NCBI RefSeq assembly: GCF_009914755.1
Contig: NC_060925.1
Origin: the human T2T-CHM13v2.0 reference genome, Homo sapiens
DNA: 64,000 nucleotides
Strand: one strand, 5' to 3'
The notes under the pieces were generated by a model. That model was not told the origin of the DNA and did not search any database. It worked only from the letters and a program-made list of their open reading frames with translations. Below are positions 48,281-62,758 of the stretch, in pieces. A program made the position numbers and the translations under genes. The stretch's first letter is position 1; every line of letters begins with the position of its first letter.

Positions 48281-50329
48281 TCTGGAGCTGTCGCCACCAA
48301 CTCTACTCTTAGAAGCCTCCAGAGAACCTACCATTGTAAACTGTAAAGTGCCATATATGTCTATTATTATTGAGTATTAGTTTCTATTTTTAAGACCTCC
48401 ATGTTGAAAAGTATTCTCCTTTAACTTAAAATCTTTCAGTATAGTTTTTTTTTCTTTTTAATTTCTTGAAGGAAACCAGGAGTGGTTTTTAGTTGCCTTC
48501 TTCAAAGAAAACAAAGTCAAATTCCATTTTTCTCTGAGAGTTGGCCTATTTGGTGCCAAGCCCTTTAGTACGGAGGGAGGGAGAGGGGAGCCATGTTTTC
48601 CCAAACATTTCCAGAATTACTAATCATGGAAAAGGTCTATTTCATTGCATTGATATTACCAAATGATTCCGTTTACTCAGAAATTTCCACAGAGCATTTT
48701 ATGTAAACCTCAATGGCCTTGAGAGAGAGAGATTATTATCCTTATTTACTGGGGAGAAAACAGACACTGAGGGCTTCAGTGAGTTGTCCAAAGTCACAGA
48801 ACCTTGGCAGCTGGAAAGAGAACCAGTTACTGGAAGTAAGTAGGCTTCAAGCTCCGATATTCAGGCCCCAAGCCCAGGGTGCTTTCTTTTCAAATATGCT
48901 ACCTCTTCCTGAGAATGTGATTTCCAGGGAAGGTAGAGTCGGCTTTGCATTTCCCTACCAGGGAACTTATTTAATAAATTCCTATGGCTTTTCCTAGCAG
49001 ATTTTGGGATAAGGAACCAAGTAAACATTTTGTCTCTTCACACCATCCTCTGTAGCTAAGTTTCAACAGAAGGAAAAACATTCGGAAATCAATCAGGGAG
49101 CATTAACAGGCTGTGCTTGCTAATAGTCTAATAACAAACGGTAAATACTCCTCTCTGCCTAGACCTGCCATCTGCCCCAGCAGGGTCAGTCACATGGAGA
49201 GACTTGGGGAGGCAGAAAGTAGTGTGCCAGAGAGGAAATCCAGACACAGCCTTACAGAACCAACAGCAACAAGGATGCCTCCTACTGAAGATGTCTTTCC
49301 AGCATGGGATGCTTGTTTTGGGAAGTGCAGGAATTAAACAGGTGGATCGTGGGGGCTGCATACCACCTCTGCTGGGTGTGAAGTCATTGCACTATAATTG
49401 CCTGACTCAGGGCTTGTGACCAAGGAGGAGGTCAGGTGTCCCAGGTCTTCTTTAGTTGAAAAGCACAGTTATCACAGGTAGCTGCTGCTTTCCCGGTAGG
49501 TGACATTCCTCTTAGGAGGTGGCTTATCTGGTGATACCCCAAACACTCAGCATGGTGCTGTTATTCTGCTCCTATTCTTCAGTACTAATTACACAGGTGG
49601 AGCTGGGTGATGGCTCAAACCCCAGAAGGGACTTTCGGGATTCCTATAAGGAGCAGACTAATTTACAGAGGAGACTGTGGTCTGCTGAAGGTAAAATCCA
49701 TAAAATGGAAAGAATGTGAGCATTGTGCCATTTCAATGAGAATCAGTAAGTGAATAAGTCCTTCTGAGGACCTATCAGGTGTCCAAGAAAATGTTCTGCT
49801 CAATGTGCAAACAGGCTGTAACATGGCCCCTGCCTCCAGGAAGCTTGCAGTCTTTGTAGGGAGAGAAGCTAAAACATGTACCATATGTGAACAAAATAGA
49901 ACGGAACTGAGTGCTAAACTGAAATATTTTAAGTGCCAAAGTGACATCTGAGGAGTGGACATTGAGCACACTTAATAAATACCAACCAGATTCATGGGCA
50001 TAATGGAGCCTGAGCGGAGCACCTTGAATCATGGATGAAGTTTGACTAGAAGGAGGGGGGTGGAGAGCATTTCAGGGAAAGGGAGGACATATAAGAAAAC
50101 AAACAGAGCCAAATAATGATGGCTTTCATGAATATTTTTGTAGCTCTAACTTTAAAACACACTTGTACGTATTTATACCTCACAGCTAACTTTCAGGTAG
50201 GCTGGTTTGCTTAGAGAAGAAATGTAAGGCTTAGAGACGTTAGAAAAAAAAATCTACTATTACTGTTAGGTATCAGAACTGGGGCAAGAATCCAGCTCCA
50301 TGCCTTTCCCTTTAAAATCCAGAGGGCTT

Positions 50330-51195
50330 TCAGATTTTTCTGACTATAACCCAGAGTGAGGAATATATTTTACATCATAACCCAGTACACACATAATATT
50401 ATTTTATAAAATAGTACTTATCATTATCAAGTGTCATGCTTCCTGAACTATTCTATTCTATTCTATTCTACTCTATTCTATTCTATTCCTGTATCAGATA
50501 ATCTTTGTTATGTAACAGACTACTCCTAAAATTTAGTGGCTTAAAAAACAATCATTTATTTTTCTCATGATTTTGTTGGATGGATTCCCTAAACCAGTGA
50601 TTCTCAACTGGGGGTAATTTGTAACTTAGGAGACATTTGATCATGTCTGAAGATATTTTGGTTTTCACAGCTGAGGTGGTGGAAACTATTGGTTTCAGTG
50701 GGTAGAGGCCAGGAATGCTGAAAAACCCTGTACAGGAATGAGCTAGTCTCAGCTCATCAGCTGGGCTCGTTCACACATCTGTGGTCATTTGGTGGCTTGG
50801 CTGGTGGGGTTGGGGGAGGTTAGCTTGTCCTGTATGGGCTTCACTCATATATTTGGTGGTAGATTTGCAGTTTCTGGTACAAATGACTGGGTGGGCTGTG
50901 TGTCTTTCTTTTTCTGCAGACTGGCCCATGTTTATTTGCATGGCAATGGTCTCAGAGTTCTCAAGAGCAGCAAGAGAGGACAAGTTCCAGTGCTGAAGCA
51001 TTTTTCAAATATCTGCTTCTGTCACACTTAACTATTTTTCCACTAGCCAGTGAGTCACATGGAGGCAGGAACTAATCGACGATCGTGACTGCAACAACCT
51101 ACCACAATTTCGTTAAAAGAAAATGCTGACTATGATCTACTAAACTTATTTCATGACTTACAAATGGATCCCTACCTGTGGACTAAAAGATCCTA
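50330..51195. mobile_element. hAT-Charlie MITE (MER112-like) hosting (CTATT)n and an MLT1J LTR
   Basis: Left arm ATATTTTACATCATAACCCAGTACACAC, right arm ATGCTGACTATGATCTACTAAACTTATTTCATGAC. Confidence 0.5.
50490..51106 (-). mobile_element. MLT1J-like LTR containing a truncated MER20 (50595-50735)
   Basis: TGTATCAG...AAAATTTAGTGGCTTAAAAAACAATCATTTATT...CTACCACA. MER20 part: CAGTGATTCTCAACTGGGGG...GTGGGTAGAGGCCAGGAATGCTG. Confidence 0.75.
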
Positions 51196-51874
51196 CTTTA
51201 TACTAGACCTTTTGCGAGCTGGCCACTAGGAATTATCTTTGTATTACCAGAATATTGGGCAATGTCACATGCATAGTAGAGGCTCAGCATTTATTTTATG
51301 AATGGGCATAATAAATTGGAGGTGCCAGGAAAGAAACCTTGCCTTGCCTAGAATGGACTCCCTGTAAGAGAAGGTTGGCTGTGAGCCAGATCTTGGCACC
51401 TCTAAAATGCCAAGCAAGAAAAAATTGTTAATTCAGCTAACAGAATGAAGACTGAAGCTACCAGATTCTCAGCCAGGCTGACTTTTCTGAATTTATAGGA
51501 TTTCTCATAGCAGTCTTTTAACTTCTGTTTGCTCCACCCATCAACTAAGTTAAAGTTCCTAGGTCTTCCCTACCTAATAAGGACATATGACAAAAAAAGA
51601 GATGTTATACTATAGTGAGTAACAATTATAGGGAGAAAAAAAATCATGGTAATTCAAGAAGTTGTGAGCCTATTAACTTTCTCAGAGAAAAGTTTTGCTT
51701 TTTCTTGGAGAAAATGTAAAACCACATGTTCATGAAAGCAAAGAAAGTTTTTTTAAAGGTCCAGAAGGCTGGCTTTCGGTTAATGGTATTAAGCAAGTTG
51801 CACTTTGTTGCCCCTAGGAAGTCAAGAGACTCTTGGAAGGTCAAAAATGGTGAAACAAATCTTCTCTATTCTAG

Positions 51875-52360
<486 letters not shown>

Positions 52361-52919
52361 TGACCTTGTTTCCTCCCTTACTTCATTGTTTTCAGGCACT
52401 GCCCTGCCTCATGAATAGAGTGAATGTTTGATGCCAATTACAGGATGACAGAGTCGGTGTCTTCCTACCTATACCCTGAAGGAAATTGCAGGCAGAAAAT
52501 TAATCCAGACTTTTACAACAGATCCCCCTTCATACAACATCTGATGGGGAAGGTCTCTCACTTCCCTTCTGGCTCCCACATGTCACAGAACCTGTTGCCA
52601 CATGATTCAATCCCCCATTCCCATTAAAGTTAACCATCCCCTTGAAAACGAATGCACAGTTAAGAAAGTGATAAGTTGATGCTTAAACTTTAAGCAGATT
52701 GCTTCCAGCTAATCTCAGTTAAGCGGCAGACAAAATCATAGGCATTCAGCTCTACATAAGCCCAGTGCCCAAGAAAATGAGTTGGGTTCCTTAGGGAAAA
52801 TACTTGCAATGTGTGCGTGTGTGTGGTTTCTTTTTCTAAATGCTGAAATGGGATAAGCATGAAGGTGGGGGCAAGGAGGAAGGGGGAGATAAAAGGATGT
52901 CCTGCTACACTAAGGACAA

Positions 52920-53090
52920 AATTGGCTGTGTAGCTTTAGGAACATCATTTAACTACTCCTGAGAGTCAATTTCCCTATGAGTAAAATAGCGATAATGATA
53001 CGTCTGTTGCAGGGCTCTTATGAAGAGGTAGTCTTCATGTGAGTAAAGTGATTTGCCCAATCCTTGCACATAGTAGGCTCTCAATAATAA
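52920..53090 (+). mobile_element. MIR SINE
   Basis: GCTGTGTAGCTTTAGG...TCAATTTCC...GTAAAATAGCGATAATGATA...GCACATAGTAGGCTCTCAATAA. Confidence 0.7.
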
Positions 53091-53559
53091 GGGAAGAATT
53101 TTGCCTAGGTAGTTCCTGATATCAGTGGAGCTTAAGAGAAGGAGAACCCAGTACTGCTACCAAAGATTTTATGTGGAGATTAACACAGAGAAAAGCCAAA
53201 AGCTTTTTCATGCTTTGGAGAGAGAGCAGAGACAGGGCTGAATTTTTTTGTGTCCAAAGACACTTTTTAAACATATAAATTCTCATCCTTTTGTCCCTAA
53301 GAAAATATGGAAGAAGCCTCTTCTGCCTCTTCAGGATAATCAGAAAAGAACTACACTTTCTTATCAGTCCCTAGTATGAGAGTGGTAAGTACCACAAGGA
53401 GAGAGGAGGAGATATTAAGAATTAAGAAAGAAGAAAGAAAAGAGAAGACAAAGCATTGAGATGAATGAGGGAGAAATTAGCTCATCGCAGTGCACTCCAT
53501 CTGGCTCTTTTCTTTATGTCAGCTTCTCCTGTGCAAATTCTGACATTTCCTGTGAATGA

Positions 53560-54070
53560 GGATCACCTAATATTTTCTGAGCAGCTCTTACGTTCCAGGA
53601 GCTGTGTCAGGCACTGGGGATGGGATGCATGGTGGAAAGGACACGTAGTGCCTGCCCTCAAAGAGCTTATAGCCTAGAAAGGAAGACAAATGAAAAAATG
53701 GCCGTAAAAAAGTGAACTACCCAGTCAGCTAGTCTGGAACATCAGAGAAGGTTTCACAGTTGGGTGCAGTGACATTTAATGGGGATTGAAGGAGAAGCAG
53801 GTATTCCTTAGGTAAAGAGGGTCGGGTGGGGAAAAGTTTTCTAGGTAGAAGGTATAGCATGGGGAAAGACCCTGGAGGGGGAAGACGGGAAGGACTAGAA
53901 GCAGAGGGAAGTGAAAGATGATTGGAGGGGCTGGAGTGGAGCAGATGAGGGTGACATGGATGATGCACAGAGGCTGGTGAGGGAGGTGGGATCTAACTTG
54001 CCATTTTGAGGATTTTCACCTAAGAGCAGTGGAAAACCTCCACTTCTTCTTAGTCCTCTGAGTGACATAT
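53560..54070 (-). mobile_element. L2 fragment
   Basis: GGCACTGGGGA...CCTGCCCTCAAAGAGCTTATAGCCTAG...TCAGAGAAGGTTTCACAG...CCTAAGAGCAGTGGAAAACC. Confidence 0.75.
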
Positions 54071-54544
54071 AGAACATAACAGTAGCTTTTCTTTGGTACT
54101 TCAGAGTTTGTAAAGAGGTGTGGGATATATTATCTTCATTGTAAGAGGGTGCTGAACTGGGGAGAGGCCAGGTTAGTTTCCCAGGTCACAGAGTTAGTCA
54201 GCAGCATGACTAAGCGGTACAGGCTCCTTCCAAGCTCTTTTGTCTGTAATGATTTGGTGGGGTAAGGAAGAAGCTCTAAGGTAGAGGGCATGGCTTTGAG
54301 CTCTGGCTCCCAAAAAGTGTGCTAAAGTACCCCAAGGCACTGCAGCAAACTCACAGGTGTGCCACTGGATATTGTAAATTACTGAGGGAAATATAGTGAT
54401 ACTCGACATCCGTCAGACCCCATGCAAACTGCTAGCTCAAAGCAGCTCGCCCTTCAACAACAGACTGCATCACATGCCCTTTGATGTCATCATATTTTCT
54501 TTCCCTTGGGGTAAAATGTACATAAAATTTGCCTTTCGACCGTT

Positions 54545-55040
54545 TTTTAAAATTTCATAGTTTTGGGGAAACAGGTGGCATTTGATTACATGAGTAAGTT
54601 CTTTAGTGGTGATTTGTGAGATTTTGGTGCATTCATCACCTGGGAAGCATACACTGAATCCAATTTGCAGCCTTTTATCCCTTACCCTCTTCCTACCTTT
54701 TCCCCCGAGTCCCCAGAGTCCACTGTATCATTCTTATGCCTTTGCATCCTCATAGCTTAGCTCCCACTTATGAGTGAGAAATACAATGTTTGTTTTTCCA
54801 TTCCTGAGTTACTTCACTTAGAATAATAGTCTCCAGTCACATCCAGGTTGCTGTGAATGCCATTAATTCATTCCTTTTAATGGCTGAGTAGTATTCCCAT
54901 TGTATGTATAGACCACAGTTTCTTTATCCACTCATTGATTGATGGGCATTTGGGTTGGTTCCATATTTTTGCAATTGTGAATTGTGCTGCTATAAACGTG
55001 TGTGCAAGTGTATTTTTCAGATAATGACTTCTTTTCCTTT
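54545..55040 (-). mobile_element. L1PB1-like 3' end nested in L1MB
   Basis: ACATGAGTAAGTTCTTTAGTGGTGATTTGTGAGATTTTGGTGCA...CATAGCTTAGCTCCCACTTATGAGTGAGAA. Confidence 0.88.
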
Positions 55041-55345
55041 TAATCATTTTTAAGTATTCGGGTCAGTGTCATTAAGTGTATTTATATTTTTTTGTGCAGC
55101 CATCCCCTCCACTCATCTGGAGAACTTTTTCATCATTCCAAATTGAAACTCTGTACCTATTAAACAATAACTCCCCATTCTCCCTTCCCCTAGCCCCTGA
55201 TAACCATTATTCTACTTTCTGTCTCTCTGAATTTGACTATTTTAGGTACCTTATATAAGTGAAATTATATATTTGCCCTTATGCATCTGACTTATTTTCT
55301 TAGCATAGCATTTTCAAGGTTCATCCATGTTGCAGCACGTATTAG

Positions 55346-56044
<699 letters not shown>

Positions 56045-56330
56045 TAGATTCCAAGGTTCGAAAAGCTCTGTACAGGCCCACGCATCCCATTCCTACATAA
56101 TTATGGTTATTTGAGAATAAAATACAATTTTTTTCTTTCAACTAATATACATGAGTTTTTAAGTGGCTACTATGCTGTTAGGATATAAATACTTATGTAT
56201 TTACCCTAACTACTTGATAAATGGAACAATTAGATATTTCCATTGGCTTAGAGACACCGTGAAATCAATTATGGAGGCACTAAGGTGCCATAAACTGAGG
56301 AAGTCTGGAAACCTCTGGCCTTTAATTAGT

Positions 56331-56380
56331 ATTAAACTAATACTCCCTAATTAAACTAATACTCCCTAATTAAACTAATA
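56331..56380. repeat. Perfect 19-bp tandem repeat, 2.6 copies
   Basis: ATTAAACTAATACTCCCTA at 56331 and 56350, partial copy at 56369. Confidence 0.95.
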
Positions 56381-57029
56381 ATGGTGGGTATGAAGGAGAG
56401 AATATTTGGAAGCCTGGGGGTTTTCCCATTCTTTTCATCATGGTTTATGACAAGTTGCTGCTGCTAGAATCTTTCAAAATAGAAAGAAATGGCTTCAAAG
56501 TGGTACAAAGTTGAAAAATGTCAGCAAATCACTAAGCTTCCTCAAACTGGGGTTAGGTAACTCATTCCTTTGTATTTATTAATTTGAATTAATGATTATC
56601 CAATTTAGCCAATAGGGCAGGCAAATGCATCTTTAAAATATATCATCTCTAATCTCCTTCTTCTGGATTGGTAGCACTACCTTTAAATATGTCAACAGCT
56701 CTGACACAATCAGAAATAACAGCTGTCTCTTCAGAATACAGTGTCAGAGAAAAATTAAACTAACAGAAACATATTTCAGAAGTCACATCCTCTGTGGCAT
56801 TTTCTTACCTCTCACAGAGGCAGCCATTTTCTTTGTTGTGGTCCCACAGATTTTGTTTATATGCCTTTCAATGAAAGCATTTTCCCTGTTGTATTTTGTT
56901 TATTTATCTATGCTTATTTATTTATATTTACTGTAGAAAGTAAACTCCTGAGGCCAGGGTCTTTAACTTACCACTTATGTCCTAGTTCCAGGGAGTATTA
57001 GTTTAATTATCTGGAGGAAAAAAGTAAAA

Positions 57030-57480
57030 GTAAATTAATATCTTTAGACCTAGAAATTGCACTTTTGTAATTTTATCTGAAGGAATTAAGAATAAATAGA
57101 AAAAAAAAGTTTTATGGACAAAGAAGTTCTTACAGCATTATTTCTAATCCAAAAAAAAGTGTATACAACTTCAAGTGTTTGACAATAGGGAAATGTTTAA
57201 TTAAACTAGCATGCATCTCTTTAATGATCATGGGACCATTAAAAATAATGTTTACAAATAGTTTATATTAAGAAGAAAATGCTTATGTTAGCACACAAGT
57301 TTTTTAAAAAAGTAGGACTCAAAACTGGACATACAACATGATCTCAATTTTGAAAAACAAACAATCTATGCATCTAGAAGAAAAAAACTTTGGAAAAAAA
57401 TAGATGAAGACTGTTTTAACAATTATCATCTTTGAATAATTAATATTTTTCTTCCTCCTACCTTTTTATGTTTTCCCATG
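57030..57480 (+). mobile_element. L1ME 3'UTR fragment
   Basis: CTTTAGACCTAGAAATTGCACTT...ACAGCATTATTT...ACAATAGGGAAATGTTTAATTAAACTA. Confidence 0.65.
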
Positions 57481-58124
57481 ACTTGTCTACGTATGAATCT
57501 TAGTTTATGCTCTTTTCCTCTGCTGGAATGCCTTTTTATTTATGCACAGCCAATTCTTTCAGGCTAACTCCAATCCTAGCTCTCTCATGATATCTTTTCC
57601 ATCTACTTCTCTAACCTCCTATTGCTTTCATATAATAAAATGTTGAGCTAAAGTGGATGTTATTTTGAGATTTCCCTTTAATATCTCACAGTTGGTAGAA
57701 ATGAAACGTAGGGTGAATCTGGAACCAGAGGGCTCAAATTTGAATCTCGACCCTATCACTTATTCCCTGAGTGACCTGCTGAAAGTTACTTATTCTCTGG
57801 GTTTTCCTATCTGTAAAATAGAGTCTTCTCCTGTATCCAGATACAGTATAACCTTCTGAGGCAAGACCACATCTTCATAGCCCACAATTGAGTACCTCTA
57901 AGGCTTTGCTATATGGTACGTCAAAAAGCAAAGTTCAGTTAATTGCATGTGATTCACAGAAGGAACATCATAACATCAATTGCATGCCTATTCATAGACA
58001 CAAACTACTTTACAAAAAATTATGTTAGTAGTAACAATGACCTGCTGTAATTGGTATGGCCTTATATTTTAAAGGCAGTTATTTTTTAGTCACCTATTAT
58101 AACTCAGATTTTCAGGAAGGCTCT

Positions 58125-59170
58125 CATTTGTTCATTCCCAGACAAACTTTCTATTGAGTTCACTTGTGTTATAGTCACTGTTCTAGATTCTGATGATGAA
58201 ATGGAGGAAAACAGTTCTTACTTTTAAGAAATTTAAAATTTAGCGATGATTGTCATGGTGGATACAGACAAGGTAACATACAATTACAACATGGAGTGAT
58301 AAGATTCGGTAGAACTATGTGTAGGATACACTGGAAGCTCACATACAAGGCAGTTACACAAGTCTGAGAGACAAGAAACAGAACCATGCCAGAGGAAGCA
58401 GTGATGTTTGAGTGGAGTCTCAAAGAATGATGAAGAATGATACAGGTGAATTTAGTTTAAAAATGCCATTCAAGGAAAAGAAAATAGCAAATTTAAAGGC
58501 CTGCATTGTATTATTCCTCTGGCATTCTATTTTGAGAACACAATGGTTATTTCTGGTTGAGTCAGAGTTGTTGAGAAATTTAACAGTAGGACTACTGACC
58601 CAGAAGAAGGGGGCTCAGAGATTGTATATATTTAAGATCAATTCCCATTGTGAAATGGAAGATGATTCAAAATGTCTGGAATATAAATTATAATCTAAAG
58701 CAAACTGAAAAATAAACCTAAGGGGGCCTAAATCCATCCTCACCATCAGAACAAGCCTGTAAAACATTTTAAATAGTGAGTGAAATTATTGGGTTAATTA
58801 ATAAAAATAGTTTGGAGAAAAGGAACTTATTAGGAGAAGTTGCAGTAATCCAGCAAGACCTGCACACGGACAGTGGGAAACTGATTTGAGAAATAGTAAA
58901 GTCAAGTTCAGCAGAATGGTAGTGGATTGAGTGTGGCTGGTGAAAGAGAAGGAAGTGTCTAAAGTTCTCCCAAATATGTGGCTTGGGAAACTGAGTGAAT
59001 GGTGGCGATGTTCATCCAGACAGAGATGCAGTATGATGTGTCTGCTTAAAAAGAAAAGTAAAAGCATAATTTTGATGTAGTCTTGAGCTTGAGTTCTTGT
59101 GGGATATCCAGGCAGAGATACATGGTAGACAGCTGAATATTTTGGCTCTAGAGCCAGGAAATAGATCCAA
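58125..59170 (-). mobile_element. L2 fragments
   Basis: CTCATTTGTTCATTCC 3' end and GGGATATCCAGGCAGAGATACATGGTAGACAGCTGAATAT. Confidence 0.6.
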
Positions 59171-60161
59171 AATATACTTCAGAAAGCTAATGATAAAGTA
59201 AGTCTTTAAAAATAGAAATAGAAAACCAAATTCAAACAAAAAGTAGAGGAAGCAAAAATTCTAATAATCATTGAGATCGAACATTTAATTTAGCTTAGAG
59301 CTTCCTGGAAGTCAGGGCAAAACAGAAGCTTTTATTCTGTCTACAATATTTTTCCATTTGTCAGAGTTTATGAAAAAAAGTGAGTTTGCTCATCATAATG
59401 TATCAGAATTTGGGAGAAAATAACAGAGTGCTAATGATACTCTCTGAAATAAAAAGTCAGGAAATGCAACTTCAGGATGCTGAATCCACACTGGTGGGCA
59501 CTGAAAACATGGCCCATTAGAGGATGAATATTGACCCTGTCGGAAGTCATAAAGAAAAATATCAATATGTTATTTAAATATTTCTTAGAGTTGGTTATCT
59601 TAATATAAATGCAGTTTCTTTAAAATGCTGTGTCAAACAGCACTTAGGATGGCTCTTATAATTCTTGGAAGATGATTGGTTAAAATTAAATGGAGTTGGA
59701 TCTGGAACCCTATGAATAACCACCCAGACCCAACCTCTGAGTTGTCCTTTTCCCTGTCAGACACCTCTTCTGTGCCAGGTGCTGGACACCATAATCACAT
59801 TTTAAGCCTAGACCCAATAGTGTTCCTGCTGATGACATACCTGTCCCATATCTCTACCATGGCTTGGGTGTGTATATTTGTTGAGGAGAACTGAGCTATT
59901 GCAAATGTATGCCATCCCTTTGTCCTTCTCTGAATAAGAACAAGGATTTCCCCAGTGAAGTCAGCTCATCTTTAGAGTTACTCAATTTTTCAAACATGGT
60001 TTACTTTGAGCTCAGGAGGAAAAGCATCAGGAATCTCAGCAACCTGTGTTATGACCTTATGAAATAGAGCCCAGGTCTGGCATCAGCTGTGTGCTCAGTT
60101 TCAGCTATATGCCAGGCCCTTGCAAAACTTGATGCTGCCTGGTTCTTCCCAGGAGGTGTGG

Positions 60162-60611
60162 TATATTAGTTTCCCATGGCTTCCTGATGTAACAAAGTAC
60201 CACAACCTGGGTGGCTTTAACACCAAAATCCATTGTCTCGCAGTTTTGGAGGCTGGAAGTCCAAAATCAAGGTGTCGGCAAGATTGTTCCCTTCTGGGTG
60301 CTGTGAGGGAGAATCTGTTCCAGGCTCTCTCCTGGCTCCTGGTGGTTGCTGGCAATCTTTGGCGTTTCTTGGCTTATGCATCACTGGAATCTCTGCCTTC
60401 ATCTTCACTGGTGTTTTCCTGTCTCTGTGGTGAAATTTCCCCTTTTTAGAAAAATACCAGTTATATTGAATTAGGGTCCACCCTAATGACCTCATTTTAA
60501 CTTGATTACCTCTGTAAATATCCCTATTTCCAAATTAAGTCACATTCTGAGGAATGGGGAGTTAGGGCTTCAACATATCTTTTGGAGGAGGGCAGGCACA
60601 ATTCTGTCCAC
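60162..60611 (-). mobile_element. MLT1C solo LTR
   Basis: GTAACAAAGTACCACAA...GGAGGCTGGAAGTCCAAAATCAAGGTGTCGGCA...GAGGGAGAATCTGTTCCAGG...ATGACCTCATTTTAACTTGATTAC. Confidence 0.88.
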
Positions 60612-60777
60612 TTTCTAAAAACTGAGGATTCTCAAATTTTGATATGCGTTAGACTCACCTGAGGAGCACTGTGTTCTAGGTCCCCATTCCCTTGACGCTT
60701 TTTCTCTTCTGCACATTACTACCGTTCATGCAACAGCTAAGAATAGTGTGGGTAATTTCTTATATTTCTGTAGGGAA

Positions 60778-60992
60778 ATCTTTCCCAAAGTGTGCTCTGA
60801 AAATTTTAGTCATGCAAGATACTCTGCAATAAAAGATTCTACAGTCCATTTAGTACTGGAAAGATATTCACAAATCCTACAATTAAAACAACAACAACAA
60901 CCTTTTAACTTTATTGTTGTTTTTTTGACTTGAGGATCTTACTAATATCCCATGGAATTAATGTTCTACAGAGAACATTATGGAAAATGCTA
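60778..60992. mobile_element. hAT-Charlie-type MITE
   Basis: TTTCCCAAAGTGTGCTC start and GAACATTATGGAAAATGC end. Confidence 0.45.
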
Positions 60993-61307
60993 GTTTAATG
61001 TTTTGTCATTTACAAAAGATATCCACAGTTATTACCTCATTTCATTCTTAAAATGGGCTCTGGTGGAAGCGGAGTGGTTATTATGTTTTTATTATGGAAA
61101 AACACGCAGTTTACAGGGTCTCCTCATTGGCCAGGATCAGGTGGCCAAAAACCACACTGATGGAGCTTGGATCTGCACCTCTTGATTCTATAATAAGTCC
61201 AGTGTTTTGTCCCGTGGCACCAGGCTTTTCAAAATTAGAAGAATGTTATATAATCTTTCCTTCCCTCTTTCTTTGCTATCATGATTAAATTCAAGCCAAT
61301 TCTTTAC

Positions 61308-61456
61308 CTTTTCTGAGAAGCAACAATCCATTTCCGGATGAGGTTGGGAAGAAAAATGCAGAAGAGAGTGAGGAGCATCCCACACCCAAAACACCAAAAC
61401 ATCTCCTGCTGCCGCCTCCTCCTCTCTCCCTCTTCTAGCTTTATATTTAGCAGTTG
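61308..61456 (-). promoter_or_regulatory. Candidate TATA/MEF2 promoter and short first exon
   Basis: Minus strand: E-box, CTAAATATAAAG, purine-rich leader, GAAATGG Kozak context, AAG|GTAAAG donor. Motif evidence only. Confidence 0.3.
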
Positions 61457-62536
61457 GTGTGCTCTCTCCCTCTCGTTTACCTCTATCCTTTTGGGAGGAA
61501 CTCCATAGGCTCTATACATAAATTGGCTTCAGACTCACCACACATTCCCCTATTCCAGTGTCCTCTCCTGCCCCACATCTTTAAGACCCTACGTGATTGC
61601 TTCCTGATAGTAACATTCAGAACACAACTTTCATCTTGGGACTCTGTCTGTTGCCATAGAAATTTGCCTGAAGGGAGTCTTCAGCTTCCTGGAACATGCC
61701 TTGGGGGAATCACAAAAGCTCTCAGACACTAATGAGACAGGTTAGTCCCTGTGCCTTTACTCCCTGACCTGTGAATTGGGAAATGTTCCACCACCCATCC
61801 TCAACCCCCAACTCACAAAGGGCCACTGTTCAAAGGCTGGTTAGGGACAGATGCCTCCTGTGGAAGAAGGAAAGTTGATTTAACTTAAAGTATAGCCTAA
61901 GGTCCTTGTGGGAAGATTCTCCAGCATTTGGAGGAGCGGAAGGGAAGTTTATGTAACAGACATTGTTGTGAGTGTAGATTCTGTGCCATAGAATCACAAC
62001 AATTGCTATATTAAGTCAGGCCTTACACTTTTTCTGAGCTGAAACTCCAATATGACTGTGGTGTGGAAAGACACGGCTGACCCTCTTGGTAATAATGCCA
62101 TGTCATCCCTAGTGGGGACTCGGCAGTAAACCATCCAGGGAGACATAGGGAGCTAGGGCTGAGCCTGATCTCACATAGCCATTGTGAGTTATCAGTCTGC
62201 CTCCATGGAAAAAAATGTGTTCTGCAAAAATTCAGTCTCCAAAGGGGTCTATGAATTCAAGCCTATTTGGAGTCATGATGATCTTTCCAGTGAAGCAGGT
62301 CTACAGGATAGTAGGATTGCAGGCATTTAGCAATACCCCAGGTCTGGGTTAGCAGGAGCCCTCCAGGCACTGTCCAGGGTCATGGGGAAAGGAACTGGGG
62401 TGATAAGGCAAGCCGACAGATCCTGCACTAAGGAGACACTTTGCCAAATGTTGCACATTCCTTACTGTTTCCCTCATTCTGCTTGTGTTTGGCATTTGGT
62501 GCATTATATTCATTCTGAATTACTTGCCCTCTAGAG

Positions 62537-62758
62537 CAGGTTTTCTCAGCCTCAGCACTATTGTCATTTTGGGCTGGTTAGTTCTTAGCTGGGGAGCTCT
62601 CCTCTGCATTGTAAGATTCAGCATACTTGGCCTCTACCCACTAGATGCCAGAAGCACCTCCCTCCAGTGATAACCAAAAAATGTCTCCAGGCACTGCCAG
62701 ATGTTTCCTGGGGTGCAGAGGGAGGAGGAGGAAATTACTCCCAGGTTGAGAACCACTG
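62537..62758. mobile_element. MER20 (complete) with 8-bp TSD
   Basis: CAGGTTTTCTCAGCCTCAGCACTATTG...CTCTACCCACTAGATGCCAG...GGTTGAGAACCACTG. TSD CTCTAGAG / CTTTAGAG. Confidence 0.9.
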
